Shown: positions 49,901 through 63,079 of the stretch, in pieces
How positions within the stretch are numbered: position 1 is the first letter of the stretch
Layout of the letters: every line of letters starts with the position of its first letter
Assembly: GCA_013115145.1 (NCBI GenBank)
Contig: JAAPAO010000103.1
Coordinates: forward strand, 1 to 64,000
From: Perkinsus chesapeaki ATCC PRA-425
Taxonomy: Eukaryota > Protista > Perkinsozoa
Length of the DNA: 64,000 nt
Reading direction: 5' to 3'
Notes under the pieces: generated by a model
The model's database searches: none
Told to the model about the DNA's origin: nothing
Seen by the model: the letters and a program-made list of their open reading frames with translations, nothing else
Program-made: the position numbers and the translations under genes

Positions 49901-52345
49901 ATACGATATGTTGATAGATAACCTTCAGGTGGATTCGATAACATACCCAATATTACTTCAGGTGATCCTTTAACAACACATATCTAATAATAATAGTAAC
50001 AACAACCCGCCCCCGACCCCGCCCCCGTCGTACCTTTTTATGTTGTTTAATAATCTCTATTACAGCACTCATACGTTGTAATGATGATGAGAAATGATGT
50101 CTTGTTAGTATTTTCAATACAGCTGCTGCTTCGTGTTTACTACTACTACTACTACTGTCATTCCCACTGGTGGCAATTGGCCCAGCTGTATTAGTTTTAG
50201 TATCATAATACCAATGTAATGATTGTAATGCTGCTAGTTCTACTGGATCACCTAACAGTTCACCACCACCACCACCACCTTCATTAATACTTATTAAAGA
50301 ATGACAACCAGCAATAACATATTTAGCTGCAATACTTTCCATACTTGTATCCTAATAATATTTATAATACATTCATACAATATTACCTACATTATTAAGG
50401 TTATTAACATCTTCAATCTTTATATCATCATCATTAGTATATTCCATATCAGTCACTACACCAGTACATGATAATTTATCACTAGTTAATGTACCAGTTT
50501 TATCAAAAAAACAATGGGTTATTGTACCAGCCATAGGTACTCTATATGGTTCAGTACAGAACACTCCTATTTTATGTAATGCCATTAATGCTGTATTAAC
50601 AGCTAATGACATTTGCATTGGTAATTCTGGTGGTACTACACTTGTTATTATCATAACACATCTTAATAATAATTTATAACCAGACATTTTACTTAACTTT
50701 TCCGTACCTATTATTATTATTATCATCTAATATTATTATTATTATTACTACCTTCACCAGATATCCTTTGATTAATAACATATGCCACTGCCATTAATGC
50801 AAATGATAATAGTAATAATAATAATTTAAGCGTATCCCTATTATCATTTCTGACATCCTCTTGTGAGAATTCTATCATTCTGGTTAATTCACCTTGTGCT
50901 GATTGTATACCAGTTCTTAATACTATACAATAACAATTATCAGCTTGTAATAATGATGTACCACTAAATAATATATGTATTCTATCTCTACCGATAATAT
51001 CTAATTTATTATCAGCAGCATCACCAATATAATCAATAGAGTCTTTTAATTGTGGTACAGATTCACCCGTTAATGATGCTTCATTAACAACTGCACTACC
51101 TTCTACTATTAAACTATCACATGGTATCATAATTACACCACCAGTACCTAGTAAGTATTTATATACATGTATATATGCTATTATTACTACTACCTTTATT
51201 ATTAATATTAATACGATCACCAGGTACTAACTCATCTGACATAACACTTGTCCATTTACCATTACGTAATACCATAATCTAATAACGATATTAAGCTGCT
51301 TCTAATTAGTTAATTATTATTATTACTGGTATTATATTTTTCCCAGCCATATTACGTAATGTTAATAAATTACGCCTTCTTTGAAATACTGTACCTGCTT
51401 CCATACCAAAGATTGATAAGAATGTGAATACAGTATATTTCCAATATTCATCCATCATCCATAATAAACAACATAATATTTGGAATATTGGTATTGGAGT
51501 TAATATCTATATTCAATAATTACTATTATATACTATATATTACCTGATCTCTATATAATATATAAAATGGTGGTACAGGTATATCAACTTTATTTAAACC
51601 ATATAAATCTTGTTCTTCTTTAACTTTATCATCATTTAATCCATTATCTTTATTTGATTTATTAATATAATCTTTAATAGGTAAAGTCATATCACATTTT
51701 AATACATGTACATCACCAGTATCATCATTAACTATATATTTCCTTCTTTGAAATACAAAGTATCTAATAATATATAATTTACCATATAATACCATTTAAT
51801 ATATATTACAATGTTAAATCATGTCCTCTTTTCAGCTGTACTATATTACCTTTACCATGATGTTCTAATGGTGTTACTCTACAATAGTTACCAGGTACTA
51901 AACGTTTACTCTTTTTATATTGTATTAATGTTTTAAATCTTATTGACCAATGTTGTGATAATAAGAATAATACATGTGTTAATATTGTAGCTATTATTGA
52001 TAATAATGCAGTTGGTGATGGTGCCCATTGTGATGGTATAGGTCTATCTTCGCTATCAGTTATATTGGATAATTCTAATACAGTACCATTATTAATAGCA
52101 TCTTCTATTAATTCATCAACTACTGCTTTATATGGTTCCCCTATGGTATTAAATACCTTTAATAATGCCATACCATGTAGTATAATAAATATAGCAGTAA
52201 TCATACCGCTCTTTCCTCTACAACGCTCTAATAATGTAATATCCCTAACCCCTCCTCCACCACCATTATCAATATATTTAAGATTTGATGATGATACCAA
52301 CATAACAACAATAACAACTAATAATAATATAGTTATCCTATCCAT
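46907..52345 (-). CDS. P5A-type ATPase (Spf1/ATP13A1-like), multi-exon
   Basis: PPELP in M4, DKTGTLT phosphorylation motif, [29 protein letters not shown]. Confidence 0.92.
50006..50026 (-). other. G-quadruplex-forming motif in an intron of the P5A-ATPase
   Basis: Sense strand reads GGGGG C GGGG TC GGGGG C GGG, starting 7 nt into a 50-nt intron (49984-50033). Confidence 0.6.
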
Positions 52346-52486
52346 TCCCTTCACGTACTAGTCAATCCTCCACCGTGCCTGGAGGGGGGATCGGATCGGG
52401 TTCGGGAGTGTTATATAAAAAGCGCTCGCCCAGGTAATCGATATATAATATGCCGTCGTCGTCGTCGCTGCCGTGGTCTTGGTGTT
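52346..52486. promoter_or_regulatory. GC-rich divergent intergenic region with TATA-like box
   Basis: 141 bp between opposed ATGs; contains ggagggggga, cgggttcggg and TTATATAAAA (about 52411-52420). Confidence 0.5.
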
Positions 52487-55416
52487 ATGATAGTAGATTA
52501 TAGTTTACCCCCTACTGAAGCTGAAGGTAATAATATATTTATATTTATATAATATTATATATTAGTTGGTATTACATTATATGCTGATACTGATAATGAT
52601 CATATAATATTACCTTGTATATTTAAACATAAATATCAGGATTTCCATGTGTAAGAGATTATATCTAATATTAATATAATTATAAGTAGATATGAGATAC
52701 CAGAAGATAATAATAGACCATTACATTTAACAAAGTTATGGACTAAAGATAATGTTATTAAAGAAATAAGGGATAAAAGGGATAATGAAGATGATCTTAT
52801 TAATACATTGTAATATATATTATTTATATTATAATTATATTATTAGGGGACCTGATTATAAATTAAATGATGAACAAATTAATAATATTAAACAATGTTT
52901 AAATGAAGATGATATGAATACTTTTATTACCTTCTTGAAAACACCACGTAATACTATATATAAATAATAATATATTATTATTAGATACATCAACATCAAC
53001 ACCATCAGCATCAGCAGCAGCAACTGCTACACGTAAATATTGTTTATTACAAGGTGATACTATACAAGATAAACCAGGACGTACTAAAGTACATAAGTAA
53101 TATTATTAATAGTAAGTTATCATTGTTATTATTGTCATTATAGGATGGTTAAAACACAGTTCCCTAATGGCATGTTTATTAGTGATACTATTGACCCTGA
53201 TACTGATAATGATAATAAATATAAAATAAGAATATGGATAAAGAAAGATTTTAATATAGGACAAAAGTAATAATAAATATTAATATATTAGGAATAATAA
53301 TATTAGACGGGCAAGAGAATTAGCAGCTATTAATGAAGATGATAATAAAAGACATAGAGGGAAGAAGGGAGGGAAAAGAGGAGCAGCAGCAGCAGCAGGA
53401 GGAGGAGGATCGTCAATGAAGAAGTTAAAGAAGGTTAATGATGATGATGTTGATTTACCACAAGCACGGTATGATCCATGGCCCAAGGATCAAGGAGATT
53501 ATTTATATTTTAATATGTATAAAGAGAATAGAGATACATCAGAAGCAATAACAATAATATCAAAAGCTATGGGTAAAAAGAATAATAAATCATTTACAAT
53601 AGCGGGTACAAAAGATAGACGTGCAGTAACAGTACAACAAGTATGTATGTGGAGGACATATGAAGAACAAGTTAAAAGAGCTATATTAAATGGGTAGTAA
53701 TAACAATATGGGATAATAATTAAATGGTCTAAAAGTAATTATATAGGAAATGGGATAGATGTATTAGAGTATCTGATTTCCATTATAAAAATGATAAATT
53801 ATCATTAGGTAGTAATAATGATAGTTATATTACTAATTATTATTGTAATATTATTAGGTATGTTATATGGTAATAGATTTTATGTAGCATTACGTGGTAT
53901 AAAGGAATTACCGGATAAAGATAAACTTGATAAAGCATTTAATAATGTATCTAATAAAGGCTTTATTAACTATTTTGGAATGCAAAGATTTGGTAATAAT
54001 GATAATATTATTATTGTGTATATAGCTGCTCTACAATAAGGTACACAACTTACCCGGACACATGAGATAGGTAGAGCAATGTTAGCTAATGATTGGGAGA
54101 AGACAATAAGATTGATAATGGGAGAAACATCAATGATAAGACAAGCAGCCACATCAGCAGCAGCAGCCACATCGGAAGAAAATAAAGAAGAAGGGGGTAA
54201 TAATAATAATTTATTATTATAATAATAGTAATATTATTTATCAGGTTATAATAAAGTTAATGAGGCACGGAAGGCATATCTTATTGATAATGATGCTAAT
54301 AAATCATTACAATTAATGCCTAATAATATGCATATTGAGAAAAAGTTAATGTCATTATTAGCAAAAGGTAGTAGTAGTTATAATAATAATAATAATACTA
54401 AGGTATAATAATATAATAGAACCACATGGATATTTAGCAGCATTACAACAATTATCTACACCAACTCTATCACTTTATGTTCATTCGGTAATATTAATAA
54501 TAATCAAGTAGTATTATTATAATAATATGGATAGTAGTAGTTACAATCATATATATGGAATCATGCTGTATCATATCGAATAACTAAATATGGTATAAAT
54601 ATAGTAAATGGTGATATAGTTATTAATAATAGGACGTAATAATAATTAATTGTATTATATACATTATTAATAATAGGGAATTAATATCAAATAATAATAA
54701 TGATTATAACTCAAAACATAATGATAATATAGTAAGTATTAGTATTAGTCTAATAATAATTATTATTATTACTAATAGATACATATTACAGATGATAATA
54801 TTAAAGATTATAATATATATGATGTAGTATTACCATTACCTGGAGATAATACAGAATATCCTAATAATATGGAGCAATGGTATATTGATTTTGTTAATGA
54901 TAATTTATCATTATCATTAATAAATGATTTTAAAACATGCAATACAAGTGGTGGAGTATTCAATTTAACTGGTTCATATAGGAATATATTAAGTAGATGT
55001 GATAATGTTGAATATGATATAATATCGAAAGATAAAGCACTTGATAGAGTAATAATAATAATAATAATAATAATAGTCAATATCGATTAATATCGACATT
55101 TAGACGTTGATACCAACTGATATTGATATTATAAATAAACGTGATTATAGTATTGAAAAGTTAGATAATAATGATATATCATTATTAGAAAATACATATA
55201 GTATTATATTCAAGACAACATTAAAATCAGGTAATACAACAACAACACTTATTATTATTATTGTTATTATTGTTATTATTACCCAGTAGTAGTTGTTGTT
55301 GGTATTAATGCTATATAGGTACTTATTTAACAATGGCATTACGAGAGATAACAAGGCAGGATACTTCACGTAATTCTATAATCAACAACAACAAGGAGAG
55401 GAAGAAGGATACATAA
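52487..55416 (+). CDS. PUS7: TruD-family pseudouridine synthase (Pus7-like), multi-exon
   Basis: EVGITLY..FKHKYQDFHVYEI, FNMYKENRDT, AGTKDRRAVTVQ, GNRFYVALR, GFINYFGMQRFG, LKSGTYLTMALRE. Confidence 0.9.
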
Positions 55417-55541
55417 ATGATAATAGTATATTACATTACCAACGATTACGTTAATGTTTCTATTTCTGTTATTATTGTTATTGTATATCAGTATTAGTGC
55501 TCGTTGTTGTTGCTCGTCTTCCTTATCATTATTGTTGTTAT

Positions 55542-56052
55542 ATGTCTAATATGGCTGATACTACTACTATTACTAATACCGATACCGATAATAGGGATAA
55601 ATTCGAGACTGGTCCATTGAGTCTATTAACCAAAGCATGCGAAGATAACTCACAAGTAGTATATTAATAATGTGTATTATATATTATCTTATTATTAGGT
55701 ACTTATTAATTGTCGTAATAATAGGAAGATATTAGCTAGAGTAAAGGCTTTTGATAGACATTTTAATATGGTATTGGAAAATGTAATAATAATTATTGAT
55801 AATAATTAATAAGCCGCAGCAGGTGAGGGAATCATGGACTGAAGTACCGAAAGGTGGATCCAATAAAAAAGCAGTTAACAAGGATAGGTAATAATAATAA
55901 TATTCACAGTGCTTGGTAGTAGTAGTAGTAATGCTGCTGCTGCTGATGATGATGGTGGTGGTGGTATTAATGTTACTAGGTTTGTGAGCAAGATGTTCTT
56001 AAGAGGTGATTCAGTAATAATGGTATTACGTAATCCTAAAACTAAACAATAA
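55542..56052 (+). CDS. SNRPD2: Small nuclear ribonucleoprotein Sm D2 (4 exons)
   Basis: [69 protein letters not shown]. Confidence 0.95.
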
Positions 56053-56236
56053 GACTGCGAAGATGATGACGTATATAGTAAGAGCAGCTGCTTATAACGA
56101 CGATGAGGATAATAATAAATATAGTAATATAATAATACTACTACATAGAAGATCAGTCTCTATATTGATAATATGATCATGAAGTTGTTGAATTATTAGT
56201 ATTATCATAAGTTAATATATTATTATAATATTAATA

Positions 56237-58514
56237 ATGCCATTATTAATACATTATATATTATTAATAATTAGAATAGATTATAATAATGGTTTAGAAA
56301 TAGATCTAGAAGGTGATACAGGTATAACATGCCCACATGAATATTATAATAATGTATCACCACATACCATTATAAATGATGGTAATAATAATAAGAATAT
56401 ATAAGATATTATTATTACTATTATTATCAATGAGTAGTAAATTATAATTATTATTAGGTGATACATTATACAGAGAGATAAGACGTAACGAGACTCATAG
56501 GTATTATTATCAGAACTTTAATATAACAAGAATGAATGAAGAATCTAAGTAATGATAATAATAATGATAATAATATAAAGGTATATAATAGGTATCGTAA
56601 ATTAATATTACATTTAGAGCCATGTAGAGGTAGTGTATATTTATTAATAAGAAAGACAAGACCATGTTGGCCTAATCCATATACTTGTATAACAAGTGCA
56701 TCATCATCATCAGGTATAGCTATATTAATTAGTTATTAGGGTTATAATAATTAAATTAATAATAGGTTTAAATAATAATAATAATATTTGTGAATGGACA
56801 CATTTCATGTCGGATATTGATGGTAGTAGGGATGGTTCACCGACCTATTTCGAGATACCCTTAACGAGTAATAATAACATTATTATTATCAGGTGTATAT
56901 AATATTAATGGTATTATTAGGTACTAGATATTTTATATCAGTTTATGCTAGTGATAATGCAGCATATACTTTAACATTATTATCAGGTCATGATGACATT
57001 AATGATTCTAGCAGTATATATTATTATTATAATTGTTGTAGTATTATTAGATATTGGAGCATTACCAAGGCCAGGTGATAATGGTAAAGTTATTGGGGAA
57101 CAGATAGATGAACTTAAAGTGAGTATTAGTAGCTTCATTATTATGATGATTATTATTATTATGGTATATAATGCTAGTAATAGTAATAGGTATTATTAAC
57201 ATGGAAAGGGGCTTACTTTATACCTAGTGGTATATCTAAGGTTAAAAAGTAATAACAATACTATTATTATAATCATGTTGCTGTTGTTGTTTTTAGATAT
57301 CATATATATTCGATTATGTTACTTAATACTGATAATCGTACTAATATCAATGTTTTTCTACGTAAAGATAAGATATTAAATACAGTATGTGGAATACATA
57401 ATAATACAGATAAAGAGTAATAACAAGAAGAAGAATAATAATAATAAATTATGTAGCTTATAATAATTATAAGGTATTCAAGTGTGGATCCGTCAAGTTG
57501 TACATTGAGTAGTAATATAAATGATATAACACCAGAAGGTGAAGTTAATATGATATGTCAAACTAATATAATAGGAGTAATGGCACAAAAAAGGTAGTAA
57601 TAATACAGTCTAAACCCAAATTAACTTAGAATATCACGTTTTTGTGATGACCATTCTTTTCTGTGATGACCAGATTTGCTTCGACTCTGTTCCCCAAACT
57701 TACAGAATATCGGCCTTCTTATAGAGCCTGGAGAAAATCGGCATGGAAGAGTTGCCAAATTAACTTTGAATACACACCTTAATTTTGGCCCCAAAATCAC
57801 GATCACGAGAAATCGCAGCGAAAAGAAAAGATCGCTACAATTGATGCATGTTGCACCGTGTGCATCGCGAAATTCGCAATGTCCGACTCCCACGCGATTT
57901 CTTATAATTTGGTAAGTACATTTGATTTGGTTGGTAATAATAATAATAATACGTATGTATATGCATACGTCATACATTATAGGCGAATAGTAGTAGTAAT
58001 AATATATCATTGTTATTATTATTATTACTAGATACATATTTAATATTATTGTTGAATCTGAGAGAGGTTACTATATGTCATACGGAGGTATTATTATGGA
58101 AACTAATTGGAAAATATATACAAAAGCATCATCATCAAATGATAATACATTAAAAATAGTTGGTGCAATAATGGGTACTTTTATTGGTATTATTGTTGTT
58201 AGTTATATATGGCTACTTAAAGTGTATAATTAATAATAATGAATATGATGTTGTTATTACTTATTATAATTATTGTGTTGTTTAGTTTTAGAACGATATT
58301 ATGTTAAAAGCTTGTTGTTGTTATTATCATCATCATGTCGATAGATCTTCAAAAACAGATAAAAGATAATAGTACCGATATACAAGAATATTTTAAAGAA
58401 CTAAGTCAATGGACTGGATCAATGAAGAATATTAATAATGAATCAATGTCATTAAGAACTAGTGATGAGTATAATAATATTGATAATAGGGATGACAATA
58501 TAAGTATCATATAA
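56237..58514 (+). CDS. Type-I membrane protein with Cys-containing, beta-rich (FN3-like) ectodomain, multi-exon
   Basis: N-terminal hydrophobic leader; exons KLILHLEPCRGSVYLLIRKTRPCWPNP, VLLTWKG, NTVCG, YIFNIIVES; C-terminal TM IVGAIMGTFIGIIVVSYIWLL. The 3' end is uncertain. Confidence 0.6.
57604..57920. mobile_element. MITE-like / DNA-transposon-derived insertion in an intron
   Basis: About 310-bp GC-richer block in a 438-bp intron; begins TA-CAGTCTAAACCCAAATTAACTTAGAA and ends with a degenerate partial inverted copy (TTCTTATAATTTGG). Confidence 0.45.
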
Positions 58515-58546
58515 TAATAATAATATCGATTAGAATAATAATTATA

Positions 58547-60007
58547 ATGGATAATATCATCATGATCAGGTAAGGTTATTAGTTATGATGAAGATGGTGA
58601 AGAAGAATCATTTAAAATAGATAATAATGAAAAAGATACGTGAGAATAGAATTGAATATTGAACAGTAATCACAGTCATCAGAGGTTTTAGTAATATTCA
58701 GGAAAACTTATTATGGGGCATGCCAGCAGCAGCAACAGCAGCAGCATGGAAGTGTGATTAATAGTGATGATAAGGAAGGAAAAGAGGTTATTAACGAAAA
58801 TAATAACAATAGAAAAGGAGCTTTATCACCTGAAAGTATTGCTAATAGTGATATATCAAAAAGACAGTTAGTTAATATAAGAAAGATAACAAAAGAGAGG
58901 AAAAATATAATAGATTATGTTATTGAGGCAAGAGAAAGGGGAAATGATTATTATAAAAAAGGGTAGTAATAATAATACTATTAGTAATAATGATTACAAT
59001 GATACGATAATAATAATAATATCAGACAGCATAAGGCTGCACTTAATGAATATCGTAATGGTTTAACATATGTTATTGATAATAATGAAAGTAATGATAA
59101 TATGGATTATAAGGATTTACCAATTGTTGTATTATATAATAATATATCGGCTGTTGAATGCGTATTAAGTAATTATACGGAAGCTGTTAAATCTGCTAAT
59201 GAGGTGGTATTATTAATGCATATCACATCCATTGTATAATAATAATACAACATATTTAGGCTATCAAACTTTGTGGAACAATAAATGAGTATTTAATTGC
59301 CAATACAAATGATGATAACGATTGTTGTTCATTAAGAAGTGTTAATATTATAACTGCCAAGTCATATTATAGAAGAGCTTATGCATTAAGCAAAATGAAA
59401 AGGTGGAAATTGGCACAAAAAGACTTACAAAAATCATTAGAGTTGATGATGATGATAATAAGTGATGATACGTCTAAGTTAGAAACATATAATAATTATA
59501 TGGAATTAAAGAAGGTGATTTGATTATTACTTGTGTAATAATAGATATCAGTTATTTATTCATTAGTTTATTGATAGACAAGTTGAAGGACAAAATATTA
59601 TTGAAAGAGAACAAGCTATTAAAATAATAACTAACACGCAACGTGAAGTGAACGAAGATAAACTTATTAAAATATTTGTTAATGATGATGATGAAACAGA
59701 AAGTATAATGATAAATAATAAGATAGATAATAAAACGAGGACGATGATGGAAGATGATGGGAATAAAATAAATAAAGAAAAGAAAGATTCTGTTAAAAAG
59801 AAGGAATATATTCCAAAAGCTTTAAGAATTCGCGAAGCTATTAAAAAAGGGAAAAGTAATATTAATGGTGCTCTTGGTAAGTATTATTTATAATTATATT
59901 TTGAATAATATTATTTGACTTGTTGAGTTGTTGTTGTTGTTACTATTAACACAATACTAAATATAATTGAGAGAATTATTAATGAAGTATTATCTCTTGT
60001 AAAATGA
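58547..60007 (+). CDS. TPR-repeat protein (co-chaperone-like); both ends uncertain
   Basis: ARERGNDYYKKG..AALNEYRNGL, LYNNISAV..AVKSANEAI, KSYYRRAYAL..AQKDLQKSLEL. Confidence 0.7.
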
Positions 60008-60037
60008 TGATATTCATAATATCCTTTATTATTAATA

Positions 60038-62901
60038 TTATCTTCCAACCTCAGTAGTATTATCATACATTATATTACCTAAATAATAATATTAAATATT
60101 CTTACAACAGCATATTCTTAATACCTCCTTTTGGTGTACTCTGTAATTGTTCTTTATTATTAAATGCATTAACTGATGGCACTCCTTTATTAGTTGATTT
60201 AGTTACCTGGTCAATCCATTTTCTACTACCACTTGTTGATGTTGGTGCTAAATCACGTTCTATACCACTACTTGTATACTAATCAATAATAATAATATTC
60301 CTTTAGTATTAATAATAAATATTACTTTATCAACATCAGGTTTAGTATTAAGAATAGTTAGCTCATTATTTAAATTGGTCTTGGTTGTATTCTGTTTAGC
60401 AGTCTAAATAAGATATATAACAATAACATAATGACGAGGAGGAGGAGGAAGAAGACAATATTATTACTACTACTTCAACTTCATCACGTTCAAGTTGAGA
60501 ATAATCAGACATTACTGCCGATGTTTGAGATTGTTCTTCTCTTAAACGTGATACTTCTGATTTATGTTCTTCTGCAGCCTTTCTTCTTTCACCATCTGAT
60601 TGTCTTGTTTGAGATTCAATACTTTCAACTTGATTTTGTAATTGCATTTGCTGTTGACTTAATAAAGCTATTGATGCTGTACCATCATCAAGTAACTATG
60701 ATTAATAATAATAACTATTATAATTATGTTAATAATAATAATAATACTGATTGTAAATGTTTTATTTCTTCTTCTAAATGTGCTCTATCCCTTCTTAATG
60801 ATATCTGTTCCAAATTAACTTCCCTTCTTTGTTTATTAACACGATCAAGTTCATCAGTTTCCTCCTCAGTTTGCCTATAATATTAATATGCAATATTAAT
60901 ATGATAATAATAATATAATCCTCATTATTATCACCACCTCTTTAAATCATTCAATTGACTTTCTTTAACTTTTACATCAACATTAAGCCGTGAATTCTCC
61001 ACTTCTAGTTGTCCACACATATCTAATATATGTTGTAGTTCTTCATTACCACCATCAATTGATTCTGTTAGCTAATAATAATAAATAATAATAATTTATA
61101 AATCGTAATCGGTTATTATTACTTCTTTGGATAATCTTTTATCTTCTTCTATAGCACTTTCAAGACATACACCACTTGCCTCCCCCGCCCCCGCCGAGTA
61201 TGTCATAGGTATTCTATTACCACTTTTATTATTATTACGACCCTTTAAATTACTAAACATGTTACTGGGTGGTGCTGGCATGTACCTAATAGTAATATAA
61301 GTATAAATAAGTATAATATCATCATTACTTCCAATAATCTGCATCATCATCCATATCATTATTTCTAGTATTATAGCTTTTCGCAACATCACCATCATCA
61401 TCGTTATTATTATTATTATCAGTAGTGGTGGTATTCGGTATCCCAAATTTAGGTGATATATTATCCATTTTATCAATTAATGATGTAACTGGTATTGATT
61501 CTCCTATTATATTTTGCAATGACTTTGGTAATACAGCTGGTATAGGATATCCTAACAACAACAAAAACAACAGTATTATTATTATTAACAATACTACATA
61601 CAACACCTACTACTACTATTAAATAATTACCTTTTTTACATTTACTAATCAATTGCATGGCTACTATAAACTCATTAATATTAAGTTTACCATCTTTATC
61701 CTATTATTATAATTAATAGTTAAGATATAATTATTATTATTATTACTTGATCAGCAAGCTCCCACAACAGACTCAACGTTGGTTTACTTAATTTACTCTT
61801 TTCAAATATTTCTTTACCAACTTTACCATTAACATAACCTGTTCTTCTGGGATCGGACGACATAAATAATGATACATATCTAACATAACAAACAACAGAA
61901 ATTATTACCACTACTTCACAATAGTAGTAGTCTCCTTTAATACTTTTCTTTATCTTCGTTATTAATACACCACTTATCACTTGAAGTCCTTTTATTGGAT
62001 AATCCTCTATTATTATTATTATTATTACTCGACTCTAATAAAATGAGTATTTGTTAATTATACGTATCATTATTATTACTACCATCTTCTTCTTCTTCAT
62101 TATCACCTTTTTGCATTGTTGTTGTTCTTGGTATAAAATCAAGTGGATCAATACCCAAATCCTTCATACTCATTGCTAATTCTGCTGCATCCTTTGGTCT
62201 CATCTCACAAGTAGTAGCAGTTCTAGTAGGAGTAATAAATTCATTAATATCTAATAATTAACAACAACAGTAACAACAACAGTAACAACAACAGTAACTT
62301 ACTCTCTCCTCCGTTCTGTTGCTGTTGTTGGATGTGTGTTGTGTTTGTTGTTATACTATTATTATTGAATATACCTATTTAATATATATAATTAATATAT
62401 GTATTATTATTATTACCGTCAAATATAGGTAAAGTGGGTGGTTCTATATTAACTAATGATGGATCAACACTAGCAGCACCGGATTGCATATGTGCAATTA
62501 GGCGACATATCATATTAAATTCTAATAATTATTATCAATAATAATAATACATTAATATAACTAATAATTATATTATTATTACCATTCTCGTTTATTTTAC
62601 CATATCCTTTATTATCCACTATTTCCCATATTTCATGCAGTATATTTCTGGATAATCCTGATTTTTGTAATAATTCAGCCGCCTTAGGTCCAGATATATA
62701 TTGCTTTTCTCCACTTCTATCATCGTCACCACCACCACCAGCACCAGCAGCATATTCAGGTGTTATTGCTATTTCCCATATATTATGATAATAACTCGAT
62801 TCTTGAGGCGATAACTTTACTATCTTCGGTAATACTCCAGCACCAGCAGCAGCAGCAGCAGGAGATGATGATGATGTATATTGTTGTTGTGAATATGTCA
62901 T
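60038..62901 (-). CDS. EH-domain endocytic adaptor (EPS15/intersectin-like), multi-exon
   Basis: Two EH domains (ISGPKAAELLQKSGLSRNILHEIWEIVD; VNGKVGKEIFEKSKLSKPTLSLLWELADQDKDGKLNINEFIVAM..GYPIPAVLP) followed by coiled coil. Confidence 0.85.
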
Positions 62902-63079
62902 AACAACTTTGAAAAAGGTAGCAGGAACAACTAATAATATAATAACTAATAATAACACAATACCACCATCATTATTAATACCAACAGCAAGATGATGATA
63001 ATGATGATAGAGTAAAATGATGCTGGTAATAATAATACATGTTCTCAATATCTCTTATCTACTACTTCTTGTATTACTA

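Noticed and set aside
52450-52503. ATG at 52450 (MPSSSSLPWSWCYDSRL*) as the PUS7 start
   Set aside because: It is out of frame and terminates quickly. The in-frame ATG is at 52487; the upstream one is at most a uORF.
58570-58583. Apparent 13-nt intron (gtaaggttattag) at the start of the TPR gene
   Set aside because: Too short to trust. Alternative donors upstream explain the AG, so the TPR start is left uncertain.
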